A DNA stretch of 24,000 nt from Paenibacillus alvei (GTDB lineage: Bacteria; Bacillota; Bacilli; Paenibacillales; NBRC-103111): positions 60,983 to 84,982 of the forward strand of contig CAMCVV010000001.1 of assembly GCA_945881905.1 (NCBI GenBank). Reading direction: 5' to 3'. Below, one piece after another: positions 1 to 7,797 of this stretch; positions within the stretch are counted from its first letter, which is position 1, and every line of letters starts with the position of its first letter. A program made the position numbers and the translations under genes. The notes beneath the pieces were generated by a model. That model saw nothing but the letters and a program-made list of their open reading frames with translations. It was not told where the DNA came from and ran no database searches.

Positions 1-960
1 TTAGGTATGTTATTGAGTGTCTATCAACAATCAGGACTTCAATATCTGATCAGGAAGTCAGGCATGATGCAATTATTGCCTGCACACATGAGGGATATGG
101 AGAAGATTTTGCCACAAGCTTCTATGCGTGGCGTCATTCAACATATCGGCGAATACCATCCAGCTGTCGGTAAGAAAATCGCTACAGTTGCTTTATTTAG
201 AGGATGTATCATGGATGTGTGCTTTACCCAAACGAATATTCACACGGTCAAGCTATTACAAATTGCAGGCTTTGAAGTATGGATTCCTCGTGAACAATCG
301 TGTTGTGGTGCACTTCATGCACACAGTGGTGAAGCAGAAGGTGCTAGAGCGTTAGCACGTCATAATGTCCGTGTGTTTCAAGAAGCGGGCGTAGACTATG
401 TGGTCAGTAATGCAGGCGGATGTGGAGCTATTTTGGTAGAATATGATCATTTGTTGCACAAAGAAACGGCATGGAAAGAGCAAGCGAAGTCATTTGCCAA
501 GAAAGTCATCGATATCAGCGAACTTCTCGTTCGTCATGGCCGAAGCCTGCCATTCCAAGAAGCTCATCAACGTGGAGATGCGCAAATACGAATTACGATA
601 CAAGATTCGTGTCATTTACGTAATGTGATGAAATCATCTCAAGCTCCGAGAGAACTTATTCGACAAATACCTGACGTTCAACTGATTGAAATGAAGGAAG
701 CAGATCGATGCTGTGGATCAGCAGGTATATATAATTTGACACAACCGGATATGGCGAACCAAATCCTTGACCACAAAATGACACATACGCTTGCGACACA
801 AGCACATACGGTGATAACTTGCAATCCGGGTTGCTTGCTACAAATGAAGCTAGGTGTGAAGCGAAATGAAGATCATGGCCAGGAAAGTCCGCACATGAAA
901 GTTGAACATATCGTTGATTTTATGTATGACTATTTGCATCGCAAACCATCATCCGAGTAG
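1..960 (+). CDS. glcF: (Fe-S)-binding oxidoreductase, glycolate oxidase iron-sulfur subunit GlcF-like; 5' end cut by the window edge
   Basis: The frame is open from base 1, so there is no true start in the window. Two cysteine-rich CCG-type motifs are present (QSCCGALHAHSG and DRCCGSAGIYN, plus NPGCLLQM), typical of GlcF/HdrD-like subunits. Stop TAG at 958-960. Confidence 0.75.
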   Translation, partial: LGMLLSVYQQSGLQYLIRKSGMMQLLPAHMRDMEKILPQASMRGVIQHIGEYHPAVGKKIATVALFRGCIMDVCFTQTNIHTVKLLQIAGFEVWIPREQSCCGALHAHSGEAEGARALARHNVRVFQEAGVDYVVSNAGGCGAILVEYDHLLHKETAWKEQAKSFAKKVIDISELLVRHGRSLPFQEAHQRGDAQIRITIQDSCHLRNVMKSSQAPRELIRQIPDVQLIEMKEADRCCGSAGIYNLTQPDMANQILDHKMTHTLATQAHTVITCNPGCLLQMKLGVKRNEDHGQESPHMKVEHIVDFMYDYLHRKPSSE

Positions 961-984
961 GAGGAAGATAAGCGAAAATTCATT

Positions 985-1012
985 TTGCCAATCGATCTGG
1001 TTGTGGTAAAAT
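985..1012 (+). promoter_or_regulatory. putative sigma-A type promoter for the IDEAL-domain gene
   Basis: TTGCCA (985-990), 16-nt spacer, then TGgTAAAAT (extended -10, TAAAAT at 1007-1012). Pattern match only. Confidence 0.35.
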
Positions 1013-1099
1013 AAGATTAACTTAGATAGATTATTGGTTTTTGTTGCACATAGACTGGATTCATTTCACAAACAATCCGTGATAGGGAAGGTGAAAAGA

Positions 1100-1492
1100 A
1101 TGAAAGAGCAACAATGTCAGGATATACAATTAGGTGATTGGGTGCAAGGTATATCCAAAACAGCATTCTCATATCGCGGATTCGTGGAAGCAATCAGTGA
1201 TGACCAAAGCTCCGCATTAATTCGAGTCATCGAATGTGACCGTGCACAGAGAATAGGTAAAGTAATCGAAAGCAGTTTAACTCGATTATCTCTGCTTGCT
1301 GATGAATGTATTTCAGATGAACGAGATCTACTTCCTTTAATTGAATTGTCTTTGGTAACTAGAGACCGACTATGGTTTATGGAACTAACTACAGCATTGT
1401 GCACATATAGAGCGAAAACAACTTTGCTTCATCACGTTCTCTCTGTAGCGCATTATTCGAATTCACGTCAATTTCCGAATGGATCGTTGTGA
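1100..1492 (+). CDS. small IDEAL-domain-like protein (hypothetical)
   Basis: ATG at 1100 is preceded by GGGAAGGTGA at 5-nt spacing. The longer start at 1034 in the ORF track has no SD. The segment LLPLIELSLVTRDRLWFMELTTAL resembles the IDEAL-domain motif of small Bacillales proteins. A hairpin terminator follows. Confidence 0.6.
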   Translation: MKEQQCQDIQLGDWVQGISKTAFSYRGFVEAISDDQSSALIRVIECDRAQRIGKVIESSLTRLSLLADECISDERDLLPLIELSLVTRDRLWFMELTTALCTYRAKTTLLHHVLSVAHYSNSRQFPNGSL

Positions 1493-1503
1493 TTTTATCG
1501 TAT

Positions 1504-1534
1504 CCACTTTTCGTTCCATCGAAAGTGGTTTTTT
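1504..1534 (+). terminator. rho-independent terminator
   Basis: CCACTTTTCG / CGAAAGTGG stem with one bulged T and loop TTCCAT, followed by TTTTTT (1529-1534). Confidence 0.6.
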
Positions 1535-1658
1535 ATTGGGTATGGATATATAGTGGTTAAGCAAGGTAGCATTTAAATTACACACTGTAGCAATTACATT
1601 GCAGTGTTCATCATTTGGAATTATTCCTAACACGACATACACAGGAGAGGTGAAAGTT

Positions 1659-2453
1659 GTGAAAGCTTATTTGGATCTGTTAGCAGATGTTCTCATGAAA
1701 GGTGCACAAAAACAAGACCGCACAGGTACAGGTACGTTATCTGTTTTTGGTCGTCAGTTAAGGTTTGATTTGACAGAAGGCTTCCCTTTACTGACCACCA
1801 AAAAAATGCATACGCGCTCGATTATTCACGAGTTATTATGGTTTCTGAGTGGGGACACGAATATTCGTTATTTGCAAGATCACGGCGTAACGATCTGGGA
1901 TGAGTGGGCTGATGCAGATGGAAACTTAGGCCCTGTGTATGGGTCCCAATGGCGCTCATGGCCTACTTCAGATGGTCAAGTGATTGATCAAATCAGTCAA
2001 GTCATTGAGCAAATCAAACAAAACCCTGACTCGCGGAGACACGTGGTCAGTGCATGGAATGTCTCAGAGTTGAGCCACATGGCGTTGCCTCCGTGTCACT
2101 ATTCATTTCAATTTTATGTCGCTAATGGGAAATTATCGTGTTTGTTTAATATGCGATCGATCGATACGTTTCTAGGATTACCTTTCAATATCGCTAGCTA
2201 TGCACTTTTGACACACATGGTAGCACAGCAATGTGATCTTGATCTAGGCGAGTTAATTTGGTCTGGTGGAGATACACATATCTATACGAATCATATCGAA
2301 CAAGTCAAACTGCAATTGACGCGAGAACCTTACGCTTCACCGCGACTTGTGATCAAGCGGAAACCACCTACAATATTTGCTTATCAGTACGAAGATTTTG
2401 AGATCACGGACTACATATCACATGCTGCGATCAAAGCACCGATTGCGATCTAA
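1659..2453 (+). CDS. thyA: thymidylate synthase
   Basis: Unmistakable ThyA sequence: [19 protein letters not shown], catalytic-Cys region MALPPCH, and [22 protein letters not shown] at 1659 lies 8 nt after GGAGAGG. The upstream part of the 1599 ORF has no ThyA-like sequence. GTG at 1650 is an alternative start. Confidence 0.95.
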   Translation: MKAYLDLLADVLMKGAQKQDRTGTGTLSVFGRQLRFDLTEGFPLLTTKKMHTRSIIHELLWFLSGDTNIRYLQDHGVTIWDEWADADGNLGPVYGSQWRSWPTSDGQVIDQISQVIEQIKQNPDSRRHVVSAWNVSELSHMALPPCHYSFQFYVANGKLSCLFNMRSIDTFLGLPFNIASYALLTHMVAQQCDLDLGELIWSGGDTHIYTNHIEQVKLQLTREPYASPRLVIKRKPPTIFAYQYEDFEITDYISHAAIKAPIAI

Positions 2454-2474
2454 TTGAAATAAAGAGGTGAGCCT

Positions 2475-2957
2475 TTGCGTATTTCTTTTGTTGTTGCGAT
2501 GGACCGCCATCGCGCTATTGGACTACATAATCAGCTCCCCTGGCATTTACCAGCTGATTTGAAGTATTTTCGCCAACTCACATCGGGTCATACCATTGTA
2601 ATGGGACGCAAAACATATGAATCGATCGGGAAACCCTTACCGAATCGCCGAAATGTCATTCTAACTCAACAAGTGGAATTCAAGGCAGATGGTTGCGAAA
2701 TTGTGCATTCGATCGAAGAATTGAGGCATCTTGACTCAGAGGAAGAGTGCTTTGTGATTGGTGGCGCGGAGGTTTTCAAACTTTTACTCCCACAAGCGAA
2801 TCGGATGTATATCACGTATATCGAACATGAATTTGTAGCAGATACTTTTTTCCCTGCATTTTCATCTGAAGATTGGAAGTTAGTATCTCATGTGCTAGGT
2901 AACAAAGATGAGAAGAATCCGTATCAGTATTATTTTCAAATTTACGAAAAACAATAA
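2475..2957 (+). CDS. folA: dihydrofolate reductase
   Basis: DHFR hallmarks: ISFVVAMD...IG..N.LPWHLP.DLK.F, VMGRKTYESIG.PLP.R.N and VIGGAEVF. TTG start at 2475 follows AAAGAGGTGA. It sits directly after thyA, the classic thyA-folA pairing. Confidence 0.93.
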   Translation: MRISFVVAMDRHRAIGLHNQLPWHLPADLKYFRQLTSGHTIVMGRKTYESIGKPLPNRRNVILTQQVEFKADGCEIVHSIEELRHLDSEEECFVIGGAEVFKLLLPQANRMYITYIEHEFVADTFFPAFSSEDWKLVSHVLGNKDEKNPYQYYFQIYEKQ

Positions 2958-2998
2958 CAAGCACCGCGTGTTACATGTTTGTAACATAGGGTGCTTGT
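2958..2998. terminator. long interrupted hairpin between convergent folA and the ycnI-like gene
   Basis: ACAAGCACC (2958-2966) pairs perfectly with GGTGCTTGT (2990-2998). An inner stem TGTTACA/TGTAACA has loop TGTT. The T-rich run lies on the minus-strand side (TTGTTATTGTTTTT), so it fits best as the ycnI-like terminator and may be bidirectional. Confidence 0.6.
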
Positions 2999-3017
2999 GT
3001 TAGTCTGGTTCTCAGGG

Positions 3018-3644
3018 TCAAGATTTCTTTACACTGAATCGTACAGCGATCAATCCTAATGTTACTGCAATGATAGAAAGGATCAGAGTTAAATAAGATA
3101 TCCAGGGTGATGAAGCTTCGTCGGTCACAGCAGGCGAGTGCACATGACCATGAGAATCGGCTGATGCATCATCGGATTTGGGATTGACATACGTAGCTGA
3201 AGCAGGTGTATCCGAACCTTCAGCACCTACCCATTCGACAATGCTACCATCTTCGTAGGTTTGATAAGCTTTCCATGTGATTTGTTCTGCTGTATCGGTT
3301 ACTTTGCCCTGCATATGGAATTCAGTGAATTCTCCTGCTAAGAGACCTTTGCCTACAGTAGTCCATGTGATACTTGTGATGGTGCTGTCTGAATTTTTGG
3401 TGATCTCATAAGTCCAATCAGGTTTCGGTTCTACACGAGAGATGATCACATCTTGAATGGGGATTTCGATTTTGACTTCAGTTGTTGCAATATCCTTCTC
3501 AGAAGGGACACGTGCCGTGAACTTCTCATATGCGCCTTGGGTTGTTTCTTGAGGATATACGACGACATGAGCACTAGCTATATGACCTAGGCATATAGTG
3601 AATATCATCATAGAGACGAATAGTCCATTGATTTTTTTGTACAT
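3018..3644 (-). CDS. ycnI: YcnI-family (DUF1775) copper-binding membrane-anchored protein
   Basis: Signal peptide ending ASA, followed by HVVVYPQETTQGAYEKFTARVPSEKD, the N-terminal His and DUF1775 signature. His-rich linker (SHGHVH) and a C-terminal TM anchor. ATG at 3644 (MYKKING) lies 7 nt after GAGGTG; the 3659 start in the ORF track overlaps that SD. Confidence 0.85.
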   Translation of the reverse strand: MYKKINGLFVSMMIFTICLGHIASAHVVVYPQETTQGAYEKFTARVPSEKDIATTEVKIEIPIQDVIISRVEPKPDWTYEITKNSDSTITSITWTTVGKGLLAGEFTEFHMQGKVTDTAEQITWKAYQTYEDGSIVEWVGAEGSDTPASATYVNPKSDDASADSHGHVHSPAVTDEASSPWISYLTLILSIIAVTLGLIAVRFSVKKS

Positions 3645-3797
3645 ACATGAGCACCTCATCTATTTATTTTGCTGATCAGCTTCTTTATTATATCAAATGC
3701 AATGCGTGATTATCTCTGTACGGATTCTTATTCTGTGAATATTATGTTACATTAATGACAGATATAGATAGAGAAAAGACTAGAGAAGGAGATCGAC

Positions 3798-4823
3798 ATG
3801 TGGAGAGAACTTCTTGATGATCGCAAACAATGGGTAGGATATTTTGTGGTCGTAATCGTGTTACATATCGTCGGATTTATAGGATTATGGAGTGTAGCCA
3901 TGCAAGCACCTCTATTTGTAGCTACAGGTTTATTGGCATATACCTTAGGTCTTCGACATGCTTTTGATGCAGATCACATCGCAGCAATAGATAACACGGT
4001 GAGGAAGCTTATCCGACAAAAACAAAATTCACTTGGTGTTGGTTTTTACTTCTCGCTCGGACATTCTTCGGTTGTTTTTCTGATGGTGGTGGTTACAGCT
4101 ATTTCGATGAAATGGGCAATTCAGGAGCTGCCATGGTTGACTGAAGTCGGAGGTGTGATCGGAGCAACAGTTTCGGGAAGTTTCTTGTTGTTGATTGGAG
4201 GTATCAATATCCTGGTTTTATGGCAATTGGTTGCACTCCTTAAGCGGTATCGTAATGGACAACATGAAGATCGCGAGTTCGAAATATGGTTAGCGCGAAG
4301 AGGTTTTTTCATCAAAATGTTACGACCTGTGTTTGCACTAGTGAGCAAAAGTTGGCATGTGTATCCATTAGGGTTTCTGTTCGGACTTGGATTTGACACT
4401 GCAAGCGAAATTACGTTGTTAGTCATTTCAGCAGGAGCATCACAACTGGGCATATCGATCTGGGGTATTCTCGCATTGCCTGTGTTGTTTGCAGCAGGTA
4501 TGAGCTTAATGGATACAGCCGATGGCATATTTATGACGAAAGCATATAAATGGACGTTTTCATCACCTTTACATAAATTGTATTACAATATTGTGGTAAC
4601 TACGATTACAGTTGTAGCTGCTTTGATCATCGCAACGGTAACGCTTAGTCGGCTATTATCTGAGAAGTTGGGATGGACAGGGGGCTTGTGGAGTTGGATG
4701 AAACAGCTCGATCTTGGATTCTTGGGTTATATGCTTGTTGGGTTATTTGTACTAGTATGGGTAATTTCGTATAATTTAAGGAAATATTTGCGCGTTCAAG
4801 GAAATCCGAACGCAAAAATTTGA
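3798..4823 (+). CDS. HoxN/HupN/NixA-family (NiCoT) nickel/cobalt permease
   Basis: Signature motifs RHAFDADHIAAIDN, LGHSSVV and GFDTASE in a polytopic membrane protein. SD GAAGGAG lies upstream of the ATG at 3798. Confidence 0.9.
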   Translation: MWRELLDDRKQWVGYFVVVIVLHIVGFIGLWSVAMQAPLFVATGLLAYTLGLRHAFDADHIAAIDNTVRKLIRQKQNSLGVGFYFSLGHSSVVFLMVVVTAISMKWAIQELPWLTEVGGVIGATVSGSFLLLIGGINILVLWQLVALLKRYRNGQHEDREFEIWLARRGFFIKMLRPVFALVSKSWHVYPLGFLFGLGFDTASEITLLVISAGASQLGISIWGILALPVLFAAGMSLMDTADGIFMTKAYKWTFSSPLHKLYYNIVVTTITVVAALIIATVTLSRLLSEKLGWTGGLWSWMKQLDLGFLGYMLVGLFVLVWVISYNLRKYLRVQGNPNAKI

Positions 4824-4944
4824 GACTTATAGTCAGAGGCTTATGAGTAGGCCATGCATCAAGGATTTGTTTTCATTGGATAATAATGCTAAAATAATAT
4901 ATATACAGCATCGTAAAGTTTGAACTTGTGTAGAGGTGATGTCG

Positions 4945-5349
4945 ATGGAAACTAAATATTTCACAATTGAGCAAGCGAATGCACTGATCCCTATCTTACA
5001 TCAAGAAATCAGTAGGCTTCAATCTCTCAAACAAGATTTCACCTATAAGATGCAGGCTCTTCGGCAAATGAAGGAATCTGGTCATTCATCTCAGCATGCA
5101 ATTGATTCGGATCCTTATTTTATGCTAGAAGCAGAAATAGAATTTGTTCAACTTGAAGCAAAGAATTACCTGCATACGTTCACGCAAAGAGGTGTCGAAC
5201 TTAAAGATATTGATTTGGGTCTGGTAGATTTCCCATCTGTTCTCCACGGTACTGAAGTGTTGCTTTGTTGGAAGCTAGGTGAAGATAAGATCAGCTTCTA
5301 CCATTCGAGACATGATGGTTTTGCAGGGCGAAAACAAATTCCAGAGTAA
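4945..5349 (+). CDS. DUF2203-family protein (function unknown)
   Basis: FTIEQANALIPIL at the N-terminus and GVELKD.DLGLVDFPS...EVLLCWKLGE..I.FYH....GFAGRKQI at the C-terminus match my recollection of the DUF2203 pattern. ATG at 4945 lies 6 nt after GAGGTG. The ORF track start at 4936 overlaps the SD. Confidence 0.7.
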   Translation: METKYFTIEQANALIPILHQEISRLQSLKQDFTYKMQALRQMKESGHSSQHAIDSDPYFMLEAEIEFVQLEAKNYLHTFTQRGVELKDIDLGLVDFPSVLHGTEVLLCWKLGEDKISFYHSRHDGFAGRKQIPE

Positions 5350-5414
5350 ACGAGAAGTAGACACCTTAATCGTTACATGATCATGAGAATAAGCAAAATG
5401 AGGATAGGGGCTTA

Positions 5415-7052
5415 GTGATGTGTATATTTTCAGTTTTACAGCGCCCGTTACCTGTGCTTTACGCACTTGTTGTGGGTTTATTTATTTGGATAGCACCAAC
5501 TATTGCAGGGGCTCATGCTACATTAGTTGAAGTCGAACCTGCACCTAATTCACAGTTCATCGAATCACCATCTATCGTTAAACTTTCGTTTAATGAACAG
5601 ATCGATCAAGGCCTATATTATATTCATGTATATAATCAAAGTGGCAGAAAAGTAACTTCAGCAGAAACGCAACTTAACGCGATGAAGACAGGTATAGAGC
5701 TAGACTTGCCCAAGCTAGATCCAGGTGTTTATGTGGTTAGTTATCATGTGATATCGTTAGATGGACATCCCATAAGCGGAAGTTACCCGATCACGGTCGG
5801 TTCTCTATCGATTTCTGAGGAAGAACCGATACTTCCTGGATTATCTACACATGAGCATAGCGGTACAGGTGCCTTTAGTATTTCGATGATGACACAATAC
5901 ATCACTAGAGCATTCTGGTATCTCACTATGACTGCGCTTGTCGGCTGGTTGATATGGCTTCGTTGGGTTCCTGTATCGATATCGAGAAACCCCTATTATC
6001 GTCAACACATCTTGCTACAGTTACAACGGGGGCATTTTATCGGGTTATTGTTTGTTGTTTTTACACATATGGAAGATTTATTGGGACGAAACAATATATC
6101 AGAAGTGCTGACCGTATTCACGTCTACAGGTGTCGGTATCAGTTGGTTAGGGATGCTTATTGCATCGTTGGTTGGTTTTTTTGTTTTAGGTCGGACGTGG
6201 ATTATAGACCTGACGTGGATCATTGCTTATATCGCAGCAAAAAGTATCAGTGGTCATGCGATTAGTTTTTCTCCGCAGTGGGTAACCGTAGGTTTAGATA
6301 TCATTCATTTATGCGCTGCAGCACTGTGGGTTAGTGGGTTAATATTCGTCTGGATTGCTTGGCGAAGACGTGAAGCAGATCGTTTGGAACTATTTCAGCG
6401 GTTCTCGCGTGTTGCTTTGATCTCTATCGCTGTCTTGAGTGTATCTGGCGTATTGACGCTATGGTTCTTCTTACCTAGCTTGATATATCTGACATATTCC
6501 ATGTGGGGTCTGTCCGTATTGATTAAAGTAGGATTCGTGTTATTGATTATATGTATCGCTACAGGGTTACGAACCTTTATTTCACGTGAAAGAGAGCAAA
6601 CGGTTCGCTTGTTATTGAAAGTAGACATTATAGGTATGCTAGCAATCATGATACTTGTAGGTTTCATGACGTATGCAGCACCTCTTCCCGCTAATGAGAA
6701 ACTGAATTGGCATGTGATGGGTGAAGAGATTCATATGACAGCAGATATCACACCTAAGGTACAAGGAACCAATACGTTCCAAGTGAAAGTTTGGTTAAGT
6801 GAAATGCGTGGAAAACCAAAAGAAGTCCAAATGATACTTAAATATCAAGATCAAGCGAATATGGCTGCGATCCGAGTTCCGATCGCAGTTTATGAGGATT
6901 CTGCTTTCGAAGAAAGTTTTGGTATGGTGAAGCATAGTTACCAAGCCGTGGGACCCTACCTTCCTTTCCGCGGGAAATATCAACTAGAAATACGCGTGAT
7001 GGATCTTGAGAATAACGAAACCGTGTATCAACAAGACTTGATTGTATATTAG
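5415..7052 (+). CDS. ycnJ: YcnJ-like copper transport protein (N-terminal CopC domain fused to a CopD membrane domain)
   Basis: Signal peptide ...IAGA, then HATLVEVEP (N-terminal His of CopC) and ISLDGHPISGSY (CopC DGHxxxG motif). About 8 TM helices follow (CopD-like), then a soluble C-terminal beta-rich domain. The 545-aa length resembles B. subtilis YcnJ. The start could be GTG 5415 or ATG 5418. Confidence 0.85.
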   Translation: MMCIFSVLQRPLPVLYALVVGLFIWIAPTIAGAHATLVEVEPAPNSQFIESPSIVKLSFNEQIDQGLYYIHVYNQSGRKVTSAETQLNAMKTGIELDLPKLDPGVYVVSYHVISLDGHPISGSYPITVGSLSISEEEPILPGLSTHEHSGTGAFSISMMTQYITRAFWYLTMTALVGWLIWLRWVPVSISRNPYYRQHILLQLQRGHFIGLLFVVFTHMEDLLGRNNISEVLTVFTSTGVGISWLGMLIASLVGFFVLGRTWIIDLTWIIAYIAAKSISGHAISFSPQWVTVGLDIIHLCAAALWVSGLIFVWIAWRRREADRLELFQRFSRVALISIAVLSVSGVLTLWFFLPSLIYLTYSMWGLSVLIKVGFVLLIICIATGLRTFISREREQTVRLLLKVDIIGMLAIMILVGFMTYAAPLPANEKLNWHVMGEEIHMTADITPKVQGTNTFQVKVWLSEMRGKPKEVQMILKYQDQANMAAIRVPIAVYEDSAFEESFGMVKHSYQAVGPYLPFRGKYQLEIRVMDLENNETVYQQDLIVY

Positions 7053-7070
7053 ATATTAGTTAGCGAGAGT

Positions 7071-7116
7071 AAGCCGCTAATGCAAATCGTGATGATTTGC
7101 ATAGTGGCTTTTTTGA
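7071..7116 (+). terminator. strong rho-independent terminator after the ycnJ-like gene
   Basis: An 18-bp stem: AAGCCGCTAATGCAAATC (7071-7088), loop GTGA, GATTTGCATAGTGGCTT (one G-U pair), running into a T-run. Confidence 0.8.
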
Positions 7117-7157
7117 CGTTTCAACGAATATTTCGTGAACATCTTCAGACACGGCGA

Positions 7158-7186
7158 TTAGAAATGGCTTGATAAGGAAATATAAT
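7158..7186 (+). promoter_or_regulatory. putative promoter of the bacteriocin structural gene
   Basis: TTAGAA (7158-7163), 17-nt spacer, perfect TATAAT (7181-7186). This would give a leader of about 100 nt before the ATG at 7296. Pattern match only. Confidence 0.4.
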
Positions 7187-7295
7187 GGGGTAGAGCAGGT
7201 ATTTTCGAGAACGAAAGCGCATATCAATAAGATATAGAAGAAGAACCACTGTGATCAGATGAAAATTAAGAATTCTATAGAAATGAGGAGATTGT

Positions 7296-7526
7296 ATGCA
7301 ACAGATCATAGGAGCACAATTCGAAGAATTAACCATGGATGAATTAATCCATATTGATGGGGGGACATGCACAACAACAGAATTAAGAACTGAGACGCTG
7401 CGTGGCATAATTAAAGGTGGTATTGCCGGTATGATGACGGGTTCAATCAAAGGGGCTTTGATTGGAGCAACGATTGGAGGACTTACGGAAGCTATAGATT
7501 ATAACTATACGTGCCGTAAGCAGTAG
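7296..7526 (+). CDS. class II bacteriocin precursor with double-glycine leader (23-aa leader plus 53-aa glycine-zipper core)
   Basis: SD GAGGAG lies 6 nt before the ATG. The leader MQQIIGAQFEELTMDELIHIDGG fits the GG-leader consensus at F-15, L-12, E-8, L-7, I-4, G-2 and G-1. The core is TCTTTELRTETLRGIIKGGIAGMMTGSIKGALIGATIGGLTEAIDYNYTCRKQ. A C39-ABC exporter and an HlyD protein are encoded directly downstream. Confidence 0.85.
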   Translation: MQQIIGAQFEELTMDELIHIDGGTCTTTELRTETLRGIIKGGIAGMMTGSIKGALIGATIGGLTEAIDYNYTCRKQ

Positions 7527-7651
7527 AACGTGCTATATAATTTCTGATAGCAAGGAATCGCTTCATAGGTTCCGACAGTGAAACCAGTCCACATCGAGGG
7601 ATTAGAGGAATGAGAAGTAATTCTCAAGTCAATAGGGAAACAATAATGTAT

Positions 7652-7695
7652 CCAGCAGAGGAAAGAAATCACTCTGCTGGTTGAAATTGTTTTAC
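7652..7695 (+). terminator. hairpin, possibly a leaky terminator or attenuator between the peptide gene and the export operon
   Basis: CCAGCAGAG (7652-7660), 11-nt loop, CTCTGCTGG (7672-7680), a perfect 9-bp stem. It is followed by TTGAAATTGTTTT, an interrupted T-tract. Confidence 0.45.
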
Positions 7696-7719
7696 AAAAT
7701 ATGGAAATTTTGATAAGAT
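7691..7719 (+). promoter_or_regulatory. putative promoter for the M48-ABC-HlyD operon
   Basis: TTTACA (7691-7696), 17-nt spacer ending in TGa, then TAAGAT (7714-7719), an extended -10-like element. Pattern match only. Confidence 0.3.
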
Positions 7720-7797
7720 AACAAATGTTTATGAAACCAATGTACCTAGCGGAGCATCATCCTTTAAGCATCAAAATGACGTAAGAGAGGATATAAA

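Noticed and set aside
1590-1612. Imperfect inverted repeat CACTGTAGCAAT...ATTGCAGTG upstream of thyA
   Set aside because: Only about 8 pairs, including G-U wobble pairs. There is no associated motif, so it could be chance.
1599-1658. Longer thyA start (track ORF begins at 1599)
   Set aside because: The first 20 codons have no ThyA similarity. The GGAGAGG SD lies inside them, positioned for the GTG at 1659.
3700-3770. Possible Fur/Zur-like or CopY/CsoR-like operator in the ycnI / NiCoT divergent region (for example TGAATATTATGTTACA, and TATCTCTGT...ACAGATA)
   Set aside because: The matches to the 7-1-7 Fur box, the TACAnnTGTA CopY box and the GC-rich CsoR operator are all poor. I cannot support a specific regulator from the sequence alone.
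7145-7450. 101-aa ORF on the minus strand overlapping the bacteriocin gene and its promoter region
   Set aside because: It is antisense to a much better supported gene that has an SD, a GG-leader and a cognate exporter. It has no SD of its own. Its low-complexity, Ile/Pro/Ser-rich translation is typical of a shadow frame in AT-rich DNA.
7053-7797. Search for a second peptide gene (a two-peptide class IIb partner) or a small immunity ORF flanking the structural gene
   Set aside because: I translated the flanks by eye, forward frames only and not exhaustively. The only frames found were a 27-aa frame from the ATG at 7259 and a 24-aa frame at 7610-7684 (MRSNSQVNRETIMYPAEERNHSAG). Neither has a GG-leader, a hydrophobic segment or a properly spaced SD.
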